Positions 46,987-57,826 of a stretch of DNA of 64,000 bases are shown here, piece after piece. Source of the DNA: an uncultured Methylomirabilota bacterium (lineage in GTDB: Bacteria; Methylomirabilota; Methylomirabilia; Methylomirabilales; 2-02-FULL-66-22). The stretch lies in the NCBI GenBank assembly GCA_963705305.1, contig OY970067.1, positions 192,001-256,000 of the forward strand. The letters are read 5' to 3'. Below the pieces are notes generated by a model. The model was not told the DNA's origin. It did not search any database and saw only the letters and a list, made by a program, of their open reading frames with translations. Made by a program: the position numbers and the translations under genes. How positions within the stretch are numbered: position 1 is the first letter of the stretch; the number at the start of each line of letters is the position of its first letter.

Positions 46987-48986
46987 GATCCGATCTCCAG
47001 GGTGAGGTTCCCCCACCGGTCCACGCGATAGGCCACGGCCGGCGGCACGAAGGCCGTCGCCCCCGGCAGGACGACCAGGGCCGGGCCGGTCGCGCTCGCC
47101 CCGACCTCCAGGGATTCCACCGGGATCTGCGGGGTGCCGTTGCCGGCGGCCGATTCGACCGCCCGGGGGCCGGAGCGCCGGCGATCGAAGGTGGCCCGCA
47201 GCGCCGGCTCCAGCGCGATGGCCGAGCCGCCCTCCTCCAGGACCCCCAGCAGGCGGATCACCCGCACCGACTCGGGGGACGGCTGGATGCCGTAGGCCTT
47301 CCGGGTGAAGGCGTGGTAGCGGGCGACGCGCGCCCCGGCGGACTCCAGGGGATCCCGCACGGCCAGAAGATCCGCCTGGGGATTGTCCCCGCGGACCAGC
47401 ATGAGGTGCAGCCGCAGCCGACCCTGCGCCGGGCCGGGGAAGGCCCGCTCGACCAGCTCGCGCAGCCGCCCGGGGCCCAGGGCGGCCAGCGTCTCCTCGA
47501 CGGCGATCATGGCGGTCCGCGCCGGGGGCGACAGCAGGCACCCCAGGGCCGAGAAGCCGGAGGCCAGGTACGGGATCACCACCCGGGGGACGCCCAGTTT
47601 CTGGGCCACCGCCGCCGCCTGGATCGGTCCCGCGCCGCCGAAGGCGATCAGCGAGGCCTCGCCGGGCGCCACCCCGCAGGCCGCGAGCTGGGTCCGCAGG
47701 AAAGAGGCCATGCGCGCCTCGGCCACGTCCAGCACCACGCGGGCCGCCGCCAGCGGGTCCAGCCCCAGCCCCGGGCAGACCTCGTCCAGCATGGCCCGCC
47801 CCGCGGCCGCCGCATCCAAGGGCGGCAGGCCCAGGTCCGTCCGCTCGCCCAGGAGGCGCCCGAGCAAGAGGTTCGCGTCCGTGACGGTCGGCCGCCGCCC
47901 GCCGCGGCCGAAGCAGGCCGGTCCCGGATGGGCGCCGGCGCTTTCCGGCCCCACCTGAAGCCCGCCCGCGACGGACTCGTCCACCCACACCAGGCTCCCC
48001 CCGCCGATCGCCGCGGTGTGGATGTCCACCGACGGGACCGCGACGGTCAGGCCGAACTCCAGCGTCCGGTCCCCCCGGAGCCCCGGCTGCCCGTCGCGGA
48101 TGACCGCAACGTCAAAGCTCGTTCCTCCCATGTCCGCGGTGAGGGCGCTGGGAAGGCCCAGTAGCTCGGCCAGGCTGGCGCCGGCCCGGGCGCCGCCCGC
48201 CGGCCCCGAGAGGATGGTCTGGAGCGGCTGCTCGCGCACCTCTTCCGGACGGCAGGAGCCGCCGGCCGACTCGATGAAGCGGAAGTGGGCGGCCGTTCCC
48301 ACCTCGCGGAGGACCCGCCCGAGGCCTTCCACGTACCCCGCCATGAGCGGCGTGAGGTAGGCCGCCAGCGCCGCCGTGGCGGCGCGCAGCCGCTCGTCGG
48401 GAAAGGGGCAGACCTCGCCGCCCAGGACCACGGGACCGCCGGGACAGACGCCGTTCAGGATCTCCCGGGTGCCCCGCTCGTGGATCCCGTTCTGATCGGC
48501 ATGCAGGAAGGAGACGGCCAGGGCCTGGATGCCCTCCCGCCGGAGGATCTCGACGGCCGCCCTGACCTGTTCTTCGTCCAGGGGAGTGAGGACCTTCCCG
48601 CCGGCGTCCAGCCGCTCCGCGATCTCCCAGCGCCACTGCCGGGGGATCAGCGGCTCGAAGGAGGGCTCTTGCGCCCACAGGCCGCGCCGCCCCGCGTCCC
48701 GCAGCTCCAGCAGGTCCCGGAACCCGGTCGTGGTGAAGAGGCCGGTCCGCGCCCCCTTGCGCTCCAGGACCGCGTTGGTGGCCACGGTGGTCCCGTGGGC
48801 GATCTCTTCCATTTCCGCCGCGGGCGCGCCGCAGGCCCGGAGGCCCGCCAGGAGTCCCAGCCCGATGTCGTGGGGGGTGGTGGGAACCTTGTGGAGGGAG
48901 AGGCTGCCGTCGATTCCGTCGCAGACCACGATGTCCGTGAAGGTGCCGCCCACATCGATGCCGATCCGGAATTTTCCCTGACCCAT
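46983..48986 (-). CDS. hydantoinase A/oxoprolinase family protein
   Basis: GIDVGGTFTD, HGTTVATNA, SGPAGG, DMGGTSFD, GP.SAGA.PGPAC..GG..PTVTDA. Confidence 0.92.
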   Translation of the reverse strand: MGQGKFRIGIDVGGTFTDIVVCDGIDGSLSLHKVPTTPHDIGLGLLAGLRACGAPAAEMEEIAHGTTVATNAVLERKGARTGLFTTTGFRDLLELRDAGRRGLWAQEPSFEPLIPRQWRWEIAERLDAGGKVLTPLDEEQVRAAVEILRREGIQALAVSFLHADQNGIHERGTREILNGVCPGGPVVLGGEVCPFPDERLRAATAALAAYLTPLMAGYVEGLGRVLREVGTAAHFRFIESAGGSCRPEEVREQPLQTILSGPAGGARAGASLAELLGLPSALTADMGGTSFDVAVIRDGQPGLRGDRTLEFGLTVAVPSVDIHTAAIGGGSLVWVDESVAGGLQVGPESAGAHPGPACFGRGGRRPTVTDANLLLGRLLGERTDLGLPPLDAAAAGRAMLDEVCPGLGLDPLAAARVVLDVAEARMASFLRTQLAACGVAPGEASLIAFGGAGPIQAAAVAQKLGVPRVVIPYLASGFSALGCLLSPPARTAMIAVEETLAALGPGRLRELVERAFPGPAQGRLRLHLMLVRGDNPQADLLAVRDPLESAGARVARYHAFTRKAYGIQPSPESVRVIRLLGVLEEGGSAIALEPALRATFDRRRSGPRAVESAAGNGTPQIPVESLEVGASATGPALVVLPGATAFVPPAVAYRVDRWGNLTLEIGS

Positions 48987-49050
48987 CGGACTCCTCTCAG
49001 GCGGGCGGCATAATACGCAATTTCGGCAGAGGCCGCAAGGCCCATCGACA

Positions 49051-49229
49051 TTTCCAGTATGCAGTAGGCAGGGGTCAGTGGTCAGTGGTCCTGTATTCCA
49101 CCTTCCTATTCGGCTTTCCTTTGCGACCTTTGCGCCTTGGCGTGAGGAGGAATCCGAGCCTGATCTCACGCAAAGATCGCCAAGACAAGCACTTCAATTT
49201 CGAAATTCGAACTTCGAAATTCGAATTGT
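49051..49229 (-). repeat. composite intergenic repeat, copy 2 (inverted, modules permuted)
   Basis: revcomp matches 45049-45102 followed by 44957-45048. Confidence 0.85.
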
Positions 49230-49301
49230 TCCATCTCCCCTGCTCCCCCTCGCCCGCTCTCCCCCTCTCTCCCTCTCTGTAGCCTGAAGCCATCGGACGG
49301 C

Positions 49302-50269
49302 TCACCGCGCCTCCTCGGGCCGCGCCTGGACCGGCGGAAGCGGCCGCTCGTTGACGACGAGCTGGAACACGTCGGGCCGGGCGTAGTGGCCGACGACGTC
49401 GAAATCGAACTTGGCCCGGGCCACGTCCGCCAGATCCAGCTCGGCCGCCAGGATCTCCTCCCTATCGTAGACGGGGCCGGCCAGGACCTCTCCCAGCGGC
49501 GAGACGATCGCGCTTCCTCCGCGGCACAGGATTTCTGGCTGCCCCGCCAGATCCGCCACCCCCTCCAGGTCGGGCGGGTACATGGCCTTGGTGACGAACT
49601 GGTTGCACCCCAGGACGAAGCAGCGGCCCTCGCACGCGATGTGGCGGATGGTCGCCTGCCAGGAGTCGCGGGCGTCGGCAGTCGGCGCCAGATAGATCTC
49701 CACGCCCTTGGCGTACATGGCCATCCGCGCCAGCGGCATGTAGTTCTCCCAGCAAATCAGGCCCCCGACCTTGGCGAACTCCGTCTCCACCGCCGTCAGC
49801 GTGCTGCCATCCCCCTCGCCCCAGATGAGGCGCTCGGCCGCGGTCGGCTTGAGCTTGCGGTGCTTGCCCAAGAGCCGCCCGTCAGGCCCGAAGTAGAGCA
49901 GGGTGCAGTAGAGGGTCCCGCCGCCGAAGTCCCGGTCCCGCTCGATCACCCCGACGACCAGGTACGCGCCCGCCCGGCGGGCCGCCTCCCCCAGGGCCCG
50001 GGTGGCGGGGCCGGGCACCTCCACCGCCCCTTTCCAATAGGCCTCCCACGTCAGCCGCCCCGCCGGTGTGCGGCCGCCCACCACCGTGCCGAAGCTCAGG
50101 CCCCGCGGGTAGGCGGGGACGAAGGCTTCCGGGAACAGCACCAGCCTGGCCCCCGCTCTGCCGCCCGGGCCGTCAGGTCGCAGGCCTTGGCGATCGAGGC
50201 CTCGCGGTCGAACAGAACCGGCGCGGCCTGCACCACCGCCACCGTCACTCGGGGCAACGCATCGCGCAT
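49302..50269 (-). CDS. nitrilase (carbon-nitrogen hydrolase) with a 1-bp frameshift in a homopolymer at about 50150-50154
   Basis: MRDALPRVTVAVVQAAPV... then FPEAF, HRKLKPT..ER, ICWENYMP, D.VGHYARP; one extra G restores AERGARLV. Confidence 0.85.
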
Positions 50270-50463
50270 CGTCGGCCTCCTGCCTCAAAGGTTGGCCCGC
50301 ACCGGGTACCCGCCCGAAGGGTGGGTGCAGGCGCCAGGCGTCGAAAGGGCGCCACGGCCCGACTCCGGTCTGGCCGTCACTTTCCTCTTGCAGGATTCAG
50401 TAAAGCCAAGACCCCGGCAGGCGGCCGGGGTCCGGTTCATCACGGGGCAGCATGGTCATACGG

Positions 50464-50661
50464 CTAGGCGCGGTCGGGAGATTCACGCTTCTTGGAAAGG
50501 ACCAGCACGGTACGCTCGGGGTCCCTGGGGTTGGGGCTCTCCATCACGTCGTATCCTTCCTCGCAGCGCTGGCACCAGATCTCCTCCAGGCCCGGCCGCA
50601 GCACCAGGATCTCCAGGCAGTTGGGGCAGCTCACCTCGGCTTTTTCCCACGGCGTGTCCAT
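50464..50661 (-). CDS. small zinc-ribbon protein
   Basis: CPNC...CQRC; GGGGG SD. Confidence 0.6.
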   Translation of the reverse strand: MDTPWEKAEVSCPNCLEILVLRPGLEEIWCQRCEEGYDVMESPNPRDPERTVLVLSKKRESPDRA

Positions 50662-50870
50662 GTGGCCCCCCGCTTCGCAACGGCGTCAGCGGTACTGCAT
50701 CTTCTAGAATAGTATAGCGAGCGATAGGACCCGGCGTCGAGCGCTTTCTGGTCCCGTAATGTCCTGCGCCCCGGCGGCGGCCGGGTCTCTTCCCGGGCCG
50801 AGGCCCGGCTTGACCCCTTCGGGTGAATGCGCTAGATTCGGCCCGGCACACTTCACAGGAGGGCTCGCGC

Positions 50871-51251
50871 ATGGCGACGGAGCGCAAGATTCGGATCACG
50901 GCCGGCCAGGTGAGCGCGGAGGCGGTCCTGAACGACTCGCCGACCGCCGGAAAGATCTGGGAGGCCCTGCCCATCGACGGCCGCGCCAACACCTGGGGGG
51001 ACGAGATCTACTTCTCCATTCCGGTGCAGGCCAAGCAGGAGAAGGACGCCCGCGACATCGTCGCCGTGGGCGAGCTGGGCTACTGGCCGCCCGGCAGCGC
51101 CTTCTGCATCTTCTTCGGCCGGACCCCGGCCAGCACCGACGAGCGGCCCCGCGCCGCCAGCGCGGTCAACATCCTCGGCAAGGTCCAGGGGGATCCCGCG
51201 GCGTTCAAGGCCGTCCGCTCCGGGACGCAGGTGAGACTGGAACGGGCGTGA
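50871..51251 (+). CDS. cyclophilin-like fold protein (TM1367/DUF369-like)
   Basis: TA..I..ALP...WGDEIYF, GELGYWPPG.AFCIFFG.TP. Confidence 0.85.
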   Translation: MATERKIRITAGQVSAEAVLNDSPTAGKIWEALPIDGRANTWGDEIYFSIPVQAKQEKDARDIVAVGELGYWPPGSAFCIFFGRTPASTDERPRAASAVNILGKVQGDPAAFKAVRSGTQVRLERA

Positions 51252-54200
51252 AGCGCCCGCTCGTCCCCGCCGCCCTTCCGCAGGCCGGCGCCCTTCAAGA
51301 GCTCGACGGCTTTCTGCAGACCCTGCTCCATCGGGAGATGAGCCGGGGGCACGTCGTGCACGTCGAGCGCATTCCCACCCGTGTGCCCCATCACGCCGAT
51401 CCCGATCCCCCGCTGCCCGAGCCGCTGCAGCAGTCCCTGCGGGCCGCCGGGATCGACCGGCTCTACACGCACCAGGTGGAGGCGCTGGAGCACGCCCGGG
51501 CCGGACGCGACGTCTCTGGTGGTCACGGGCACGGCCTCGGGGAAGAGCCTGGCCTACCAGCTCCCCGTCCTGGAGACGCTCCTCCGCGAGCCGGAGTCCC
51601 GCGCCCTCTTCCTCTTCCCCACCAAAGCGCTGGAGCAGGACCAGCTGAAATCCCTGCGCGAGCTCATCCCTGAGGGCGCGGGCATCCGGGCCGAGATCCT
51701 GGACGGCGACACCCCGGCCCACCGCCGCGCGCAGCTCCGGGAGACGCTCCCCCACATCCTGGTCAGCAATCCCGACATCCTGCACCTCTCCCTGCTGCCC
51801 CACCACGCCGCCTGGAAGGGCTTCTGGGAGCGGCTCCGCTTCATAGTCCTGGACGAGCTGCACACCTACAAGGGCATCTTCGGATCGCACATCTCCCACG
51901 TCCTGCGCCGGCTGCACCGGGTGGCGGCCTTCTACGGCAGCCGGCCCCGGTTCATCACCTGCTCCGCCACCATCAGCAACCCCGCCGAGTTCGCCGAGAC
52001 CCTGGTCGGCCGGCCCTTCGTCCCGGTGTCCGACGACGGATCGCCGGCCCGCGGCAAGCGCTTCGTCTTCGTCAACCCGACCGGCAGCCCGTACGGCGAG
52101 GCCACGGAGCTTCTGCTCCACTGCATCCAGGCCGGCTACAAGACCATCGCCTTCGCCAAGGCGCGCAAGATCGCCGAGCTGATCACCATGTGGGCGCACC
52201 AGGCGGCGCCCCAGCTGGCGTCCAAGATCCGCGCCTACCGGGCGGGCTATCGCCCCGAGGAGCGGCGCGCCATCGAGCAGGGCCTGTTTCAGGAGCGGCT
52301 CTCGGGGGTGGTCTCCACCTCAGCCCTCGAGCTGGGGATCGACGTGGGCGGCCTGGACGCCTGCCTGCTGGTGGGCTACCCGGGCAGCATCGCCAGCACC
52401 TGGCAGCGCGGGGGCCGCGTCGGACGGGGCGGGCAGGAGGCCCTGATCATCCTGGTGGCCCTCCCCGACGCCCTGGACCAGTACTTCATGCGGCACCCCG
52501 GGGACTTCTTCGCCCGCTCCCCAGAGGCCGCGGTGGTGGATCCCGGCAACCGGCGCATCCTCCAGGACCACCTGGTGGCGGCCGCGGCGGAGCTGCCCCT
52601 TCGCCCCACCGACACGATCCACTACGGCCCGGACCTCGGCCGGCATATCGCCGATCTGGCCGACGAGCGGCGCCTGGTCCAGAGCGCCGACGGCAGCGAG
52701 TGGTACGCCCGCCGCCGTAATCCGGCCCGCGAGATCAGCATCCGCTCGGTCGGCGAGCCCTTCGCCATCCTGGACCCGGCCGGAAAGAGCGTCGGCAGCG
52801 TGGACGGATTCCGCGCCGTGCGCGAGTGCCACCCCGGCGCAGTCTATCTGCACCAGGGGCGGCAGTTCGAGGTTACCGACCTGGACCTGGCCCAGCGGAA
52901 GGTGCGGGCCCGTCCGGTGGAGGTGGACTACTACACCCAGACCACCGGCGAGAAGGAGACCGAGATCCTCCACTGCCAGGAATTCCGGCAGGTCCGGGGG
53001 ACCGTGGCGCGCCTGGGGCGCCTGAAGGTGACGGAGCGGATCACCGGCTTCGAGAAGCGGCGCATCTTCGGCCAGGACCGGATCGGCAGCTACCCGCTGG
53101 ACCTGCCCCCGCACACCTTCGAGACGCAGGGCTTCTGGTTCGAGATTCCGGAGGTGCTGCGCGACTACGTGAAGTACGGTCCCCGGCCCGGCCTGCACTT
53201 CATGGGGGGGATCCACGCCATCGAGCACGCCACGATCGGGCTGTTCCCCCTCTTCGCCCTCTGCGACCGGGGGGACGTGGGAGGGATCTCCCAGACCTTT
53301 CACCCCCAGGTCGGGCGCCCGGCCATCTTCATCTATGACGGCTACCCCGAGGGCATCGGCCTGGCCGAGCGGTGCTATCGGGTCCTGGAGGAACTCCTGG
53401 CCCACACCCTGCGCCTGCTCCTGGACTGCCCCTGCGAATCGGGGTGCCCGTCCTGCATCCACTCGCCCAAGTGCGGCTCGGGAAACAAGCCACTGGACAA
53501 GGCCGCGGCCGTCTTCATCCTGCAGGGCCTGCTGGGCTTTATCGAGATCCCCGAGGCCGTCGAGGCGCCGCCGCCGGACCGTCTGCTTGCCCCGGCTTCC
53601 GCCGAGCGCCCGCTCCCGGCCGGAGTCGCCGCCTCGCTGCCGGCCGCGCCCCGCATCCTGGTCCTGGACCTAGAAACCCAGCGGAGCGCGGAGGAGGTCG
53701 GAGGCTGGGAGCATGCCGACCGCATGGGGCTGGCCGTGGCCGTCACGGCGGATCTGGCCACCGGCGAGATGCGGGTGTACACGGAGGCGCAGGTTGACGC
53801 CCTGCTGGAAGCGCTGTCCGCCGCCGCCTGCATCATCGGGTTCAACATCCGGCGCTTCGACTTCACCGTCCTCCGCGGGTACCGGCAGATGGACTACGCG
53901 GCCCTGCCGGCCCTGGACATCCTGGAGGAGGTCCACGCCGGCCTCGGATTCCGGCTCAGCTTGAACCACCTGGCCCAGGAGACGCTGGGGGCTCCCAAGC
54001 TGGCGGACGGCCTGCAAAGCCTGGCCTGGTGGAAGGCCGGCGAGACGGAAAAGGTCCTGGAATACTGCAAGGCGGACGTGGAGCTGACCCGGCGGCTGTT
54101 CGAGTTCGGCCACACTCACGGCTATCTGCTCTACCGGGACTACCAGGGTCGGCCGGCCAGACTTCCGGTCCGGTTTCGGGAAAAAATATTGTCGCAGGGA

Positions 54201-54308
54201 GAGGGATTCGGATATAATCCGTCCCCTGCGGACGGACGGCCGTTAGGCGAAGTAATCTTCTTGGCGGATCGCACCAATCTCGGTTCAGCACCCCAGGGAG
54301 GCGGTTGA
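51248..54308 (+). CDS. DEAD/DEAH helicase with DUF1998 (MrfA/YprA/Hrq1-like) fused to a C-terminal RNase H-like exonuclease; 1-bp frameshift at about 51515
   Basis: GTGA overlap start; LYTHQ..A (frame 2) then TGTASGKS, DELH, SAT, LELGIDVG, QRGGRVGR, C.C..GCP.C, LDLETQR (frame 3). Confidence 0.88.
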
Positions 54309-54314
54309 CGCGAG

Positions 54315-54935
54315 ATGATGGATTACAAGACGATTCAGCGTGCTTACGCCATGCTTTCGCCGGTCTACGATTTTCTGTTCGATAAGGTCTTTTATCCCGG
54401 GCGGGTGGAGGCCGTCAAGCTGTTGGAGATCAAGCCGGGCGATCGGGTCCTGGAGGTGGGCGTGGGCACCGGCCTGAACCTGCCCCTGTACCCAAAGAAC
54501 TGCGAAATCGTCGGCATCGATATCTCGGAGGGGATGCTCAAGAAGGCCTGGGAGCGGGTGAGGGACCTGGACCTCACCAACGCCACGCTCACCGTGATGG
54601 ACGCATCCAAGCTCGAGTTCCCCGACAACAGCTTCGACCGCGTCATCGCCACCTATGTCATCAGCGCCGTGCCGGATCCGGTGAAGACCCTGCTGGAGAT
54701 GCAGCGGGTGTGCAAGCCGAACGGCCATCTGGTGATCTTGAACCATTTCAAGAGCGAGAATCCGATCATCGGAGCCTTCGAGAAGATGCTGGCCCCGGTG
54801 TGCACCCGGATCGGCTTCCAGACCGATTTGAAGCTGAAGCCGCTCCTGGAACGGGTGTCCCTGCGCCCCGAGCGGCTGTATCGGGTCAATTTGCTGAACG
54901 GCTGGCGTCTGGTCCGCTGCATCAATCCGCAATAG
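54315..54935 (+). CDS. phospholipid N-methyltransferase-like SAM methyltransferase (PmtA type)
   Basis: Y...SPVYD..F, VLEVGVGTGL.L, GIDIS, MDA, VPDP, LNHF. Confidence 0.8.
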   Translation: MMDYKTIQRAYAMLSPVYDFLFDKVFYPGRVEAVKLLEIKPGDRVLEVGVGTGLNLPLYPKNCEIVGIDISEGMLKKAWERVRDLDLTNATLTVMDASKLEFPDNSFDRVIATYVISAVPDPVKTLLEMQRVCKPNGHLVILNHFKSENPIIGAFEKMLAPVCTRIGFQTDLKLKPLLERVSLRPERLYRVNLLNGWRLVRCINPQ

Positions 54936-55072
54936 GCGGATAGACCACCCGCCTTGGCGAAGGCGCAGCTCCACGACCGACGCCCCGGAGAGTCCCCGGC
55001 CGCTGGTGGGGAGCGCTGGCTCTGCCCCAGGTGCTACTGCCCGGGGCATTTGTTTCTGCGGAGAGAGACCCC

Positions 55073-56299
55073 ATGGCGATGAAATTGATGAAGGCCTTCA
55101 TCTCTCTGGACGAGGGGATGCGCATCCTGCTGGAGTGCGTGACGCCCGTCTCCCGGACAGAGCGCATCCCGCTGGGCCAGGCCGCCGGCCGGGTGCTGGC
55201 GGAGCCCGTCGTGGCTGGGATGGACGTGCCGCCGTTCCCGCGGGCGGCCATGGACGGCTATGCGGTCATCGCCCAGGACACGTTCGGGGCTGGGAATTTC
55301 AACCCAGCCCGCCTACGGCGGATCGAGGTGATTCACGCGGCCGAGATCGCAGAGCGCGAGGTCGCGCCGGGAACCTGCATCCAGGTGGCCACCGGCTCTC
55401 CCATCCCGGCGGGGGCCGACGCCGTGGTCCAGGTCGAGGACACCGAGCTGGAGGGAGACTCCCCGGCGGAGGAGACGATTAAGGTTTACAAGCCGGTCTA
55501 TCCGCGCCAAAACGTCTCGCCCCAGGGCCAGGACATCCAGGCCGGGTGCGAGGTCCTGCCGGTCGGCATTCAACTGCACCCCAGCAAGATCGGCGTGCTG
55601 GCCGCCCTGGGCATCGTCGAGGTCGCGGTCTTCGCCAGGCCGGCGGTGGCCGTGATCCCCTCGGGCAACGAGATCGTGCCGCCGGGCGATCCCCTGGTGC
55701 CCGGGAAGATCTACGATATCAACTCCTACACCCTCTCCGCCCTGATCCAAGAGCAGGGGGGGACGCCCAGGCTCTTCCCCGTCATGAAGGACACGCTGGA
55801 GGACGTGCGCCGCACCCTGCGCGAGGCCTTGGCCTGCGACCTGATCGTCCTGTCCGGCGGAAGCTCCGTCGGCGAGCGGGACGTGATGGTCGAGGCGGTC
55901 GAGGGCATGGGCGAGGTGAAGTTCCACGGGATTGCGGTCAAGCCCGGAAAGCCCACCCTCTGCGCCCTCGTGGAGGGAAAGCTGGTCCTGGGGATGCCGG
56001 GGTATCCCACCTCGTGCCTCACCAACGGCTACGGCTTGCTGGCTCCCGCCCTGTGGAAGCTGGCCCGTCTTTCTGCGCCCCGGACGGGCGGCGTGGAACT
56101 GCCCATGTCGCGCCGGTACACCTCCACCATCGGCCGCCACCAGTTCCTGCCGGTGCGGGTGGAGAGCGGCGAGGTCGTCCCGGTCTTCAAGGAGTCCGGG
56201 GCCATCACCTCCATGGCCAATGCCGAGGGCTACATCGAGATTCCAGCCAACGTCGACCTGGTGGAGAAGGGCGAGAAGGTCCGGATAACGTTCTTCTGA
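55073..56299 (+). CDS. moeA: molybdopterin molybdenumtransferase
   Basis: VPPF.RAAMDGYAV, TG.PIP.GADAVV, SGNE, YDIN, SGGSSVG..D, KPGKP, PG.P.S. Confidence 0.93.
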   Translation: MAMKLMKAFISLDEGMRILLECVTPVSRTERIPLGQAAGRVLAEPVVAGMDVPPFPRAAMDGYAVIAQDTFGAGNFNPARLRRIEVIHAAEIAEREVAPGTCIQVATGSPIPAGADAVVQVEDTELEGDSPAEETIKVYKPVYPRQNVSPQGQDIQAGCEVLPVGIQLHPSKIGVLAALGIVEVAVFARPAVAVIPSGNEIVPPGDPLVPGKIYDINSYTLSALIQEQGGTPRLFPVMKDTLEDVRRTLREALACDLIVLSGGSSVGERDVMVEAVEGMGEVKFHGIAVKPGKPTLCALVEGKLVLGMPGYPTSCLTNGYGLLAPALWKLARLSAPRTGGVELPMSRRYTSTIGRHQFLPVRVESGEVVPVFKESGAITSMANAEGYIEIPANVDLVEKGEKVRITFF

Positions 56300-56309
56300 G
56301 GAGGTGGCC

Positions 56310-56843
56310 ATGCATCGCAACTGGTGGCTGCCGGTCTCCGCCATCGGGGCCGCGCTTTTGACGCTGCCCGTGCTGCCCGCGGCGGGCGCACCCGCCCAGG
56401 CCGGTCCCCCGACCTACCAGATGGAGGTGTTGGGGGTCGCGCCCGATCCGCAGTCCGGCGCGCCCGTGCTCTTCCTCCGGGCAAAAGAGGACAAGCGGCA
56501 GCTGTCCATGTTTATCGGCCCCTTCGAGGCCCAGGGAATCGTGCTGGCCCTGGAAGGGAGCCGGACAGAGCGGCCGTACACCCACGAATTGATGCTGGAG
56601 GCGATCCACCGCCTCCAGGCCAAGGTGAAGCGCGTGGTGATCACCGGAGTCAAGGAGGATGCCTTCCTGGCCGATCTGGTCCTGTTGAACGCGGAGGGAC
56701 GGGAAGTCGTCTTGGACGCCCGCCCCAGCGATGCCATCGCCCTGGCCCTCCGGGAGGGGGCCCCCATCCTGGCGGCCGAGCCGGTCTTCGCCCACTCCCA
56801 GAGCCCGCGCGAGTCGCAGCCGAGGCGGGGGAGCAGGCTGTGA
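56310..56843 (+). CDS. bifunctional nuclease (DUF151) family protein with N-terminal signal-like peptide
   Basis: IG.FEA..I, RP.THEL, DARPSDAIALAL. Confidence 0.87.
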   Translation: MHRNWWLPVSAIGAALLTLPVLPAAGAPAQAGPPTYQMEVLGVAPDPQSGAPVLFLRAKEDKRQLSMFIGPFEAQGIVLALEGSRTERPYTHELMLEAIHRLQAKVKRVVITGVKEDAFLADLVLLNAEGREVVLDARPSDAIALALREGAPILAAEPVFAHSQSPRESQPRRGSRL

Positions 56844-57766
56844 GGCGCTGGGCTATCGGGCTGCTCCTGGTCGTGCTGTCCGCCACGACGGGAGTGGCGG
56901 CAGAGCCCCCGGCCGAGTCTCCGCCGCCGCCCGCCAAGATCGACCCGCAGATGCAAGAGGCCATTCAGCGCTACAATGCGGGGGTGGCGGCCCTGCAGCG
57001 GCGCGACCTGGACTATGCGCTCTATCAGTTCCGGCAGGCCGTCCGCCTGAATCCCGCCATGGTGGAGGGCTACCACAACCTGGGCATCACCCTGCTGGAG
57101 CTCCGCCAGTTCCCCCAGGCCATCGAGGCCTTCACCCACACCCTGGAGCTCGATCCCAACCACATCGAGGCCCGCCTGGGCCTGGGCATGGCCTATCGCG
57201 GCAACGGCAATTTCCACCGCGCCATCGCGGAGCTGACCCGCGTGCTGCCCTCGAAGGCGGATGATCCGCAGGTCCACCTGGCCCTGGGCGACCTCTACCG
57301 GAAGATCAAAGAGCCCCAGCTGGCGATCGACCAATTCCGCGAGGCCGCACGCCTGAACCCCGACGACGCCTCGGCGCAGTTCCAACTGGGACTCGCCTGC
57401 GCGGATGCCGGCGAGATCGACCCCGCCATCCGGGCCTTCCAGGCCGCCGCCCGCCTTCGTCCAGAGGACGCCGACTCCTACTTCAACCTCGGCGTCGTGA
57501 TGGGAAAGAAGATCCGCAACCTGGTGGACGAAAAGGTCGAGGCCTACCGCCAGGCCGTGGCCCTCCGCCCGACCCAGGCGGACGCCCATTACTACCTGGG
57601 GGTGGCCTACATCGAGAAAGCGCAGCTCAGCCCGGTGGAGGAGAAGCGCGCCCTGCTCCAGCTCGCCCTGGAGCAGTTCCGGCTGTTCCAGCAGTACGCG
57701 CCCGAGGATCCCAAGGCCGCGGCGGCGGCCCACAACATTCGGGTGCTGGAGCCGCAGACGAAATGA
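56840..57766 (+). CDS. exported TPR-repeat protein
   Basis: GTGA overlap start, signal peptide, repeated A...LG...A...Y/F..A..L.P motifs. Confidence 0.85.
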   Translation: MRRWAIGLLLVVLSATTGVAAEPPAESPPPPAKIDPQMQEAIQRYNAGVAALQRRDLDYALYQFRQAVRLNPAMVEGYHNLGITLLELRQFPQAIEAFTHTLELDPNHIEARLGLGMAYRGNGNFHRAIAELTRVLPSKADDPQVHLALGDLYRKIKEPQLAIDQFREAARLNPDDASAQFQLGLACADAGEIDPAIRAFQAAARLRPEDADSYFNLGVVMGKKIRNLVDEKVEAYRQAVALRPTQADAHYYLGVAYIEKAQLSPVEEKRALLQLALEQFRLFQQYAPEDPKAAAAAHNIRVLEPQTK

Positions 57767-57826
57767 GCCGGGCGGGCGGGACGCCCGCCTGAGCCGATCG
57801 GGGCAAGGCGCACATTGGAGGCGGCC

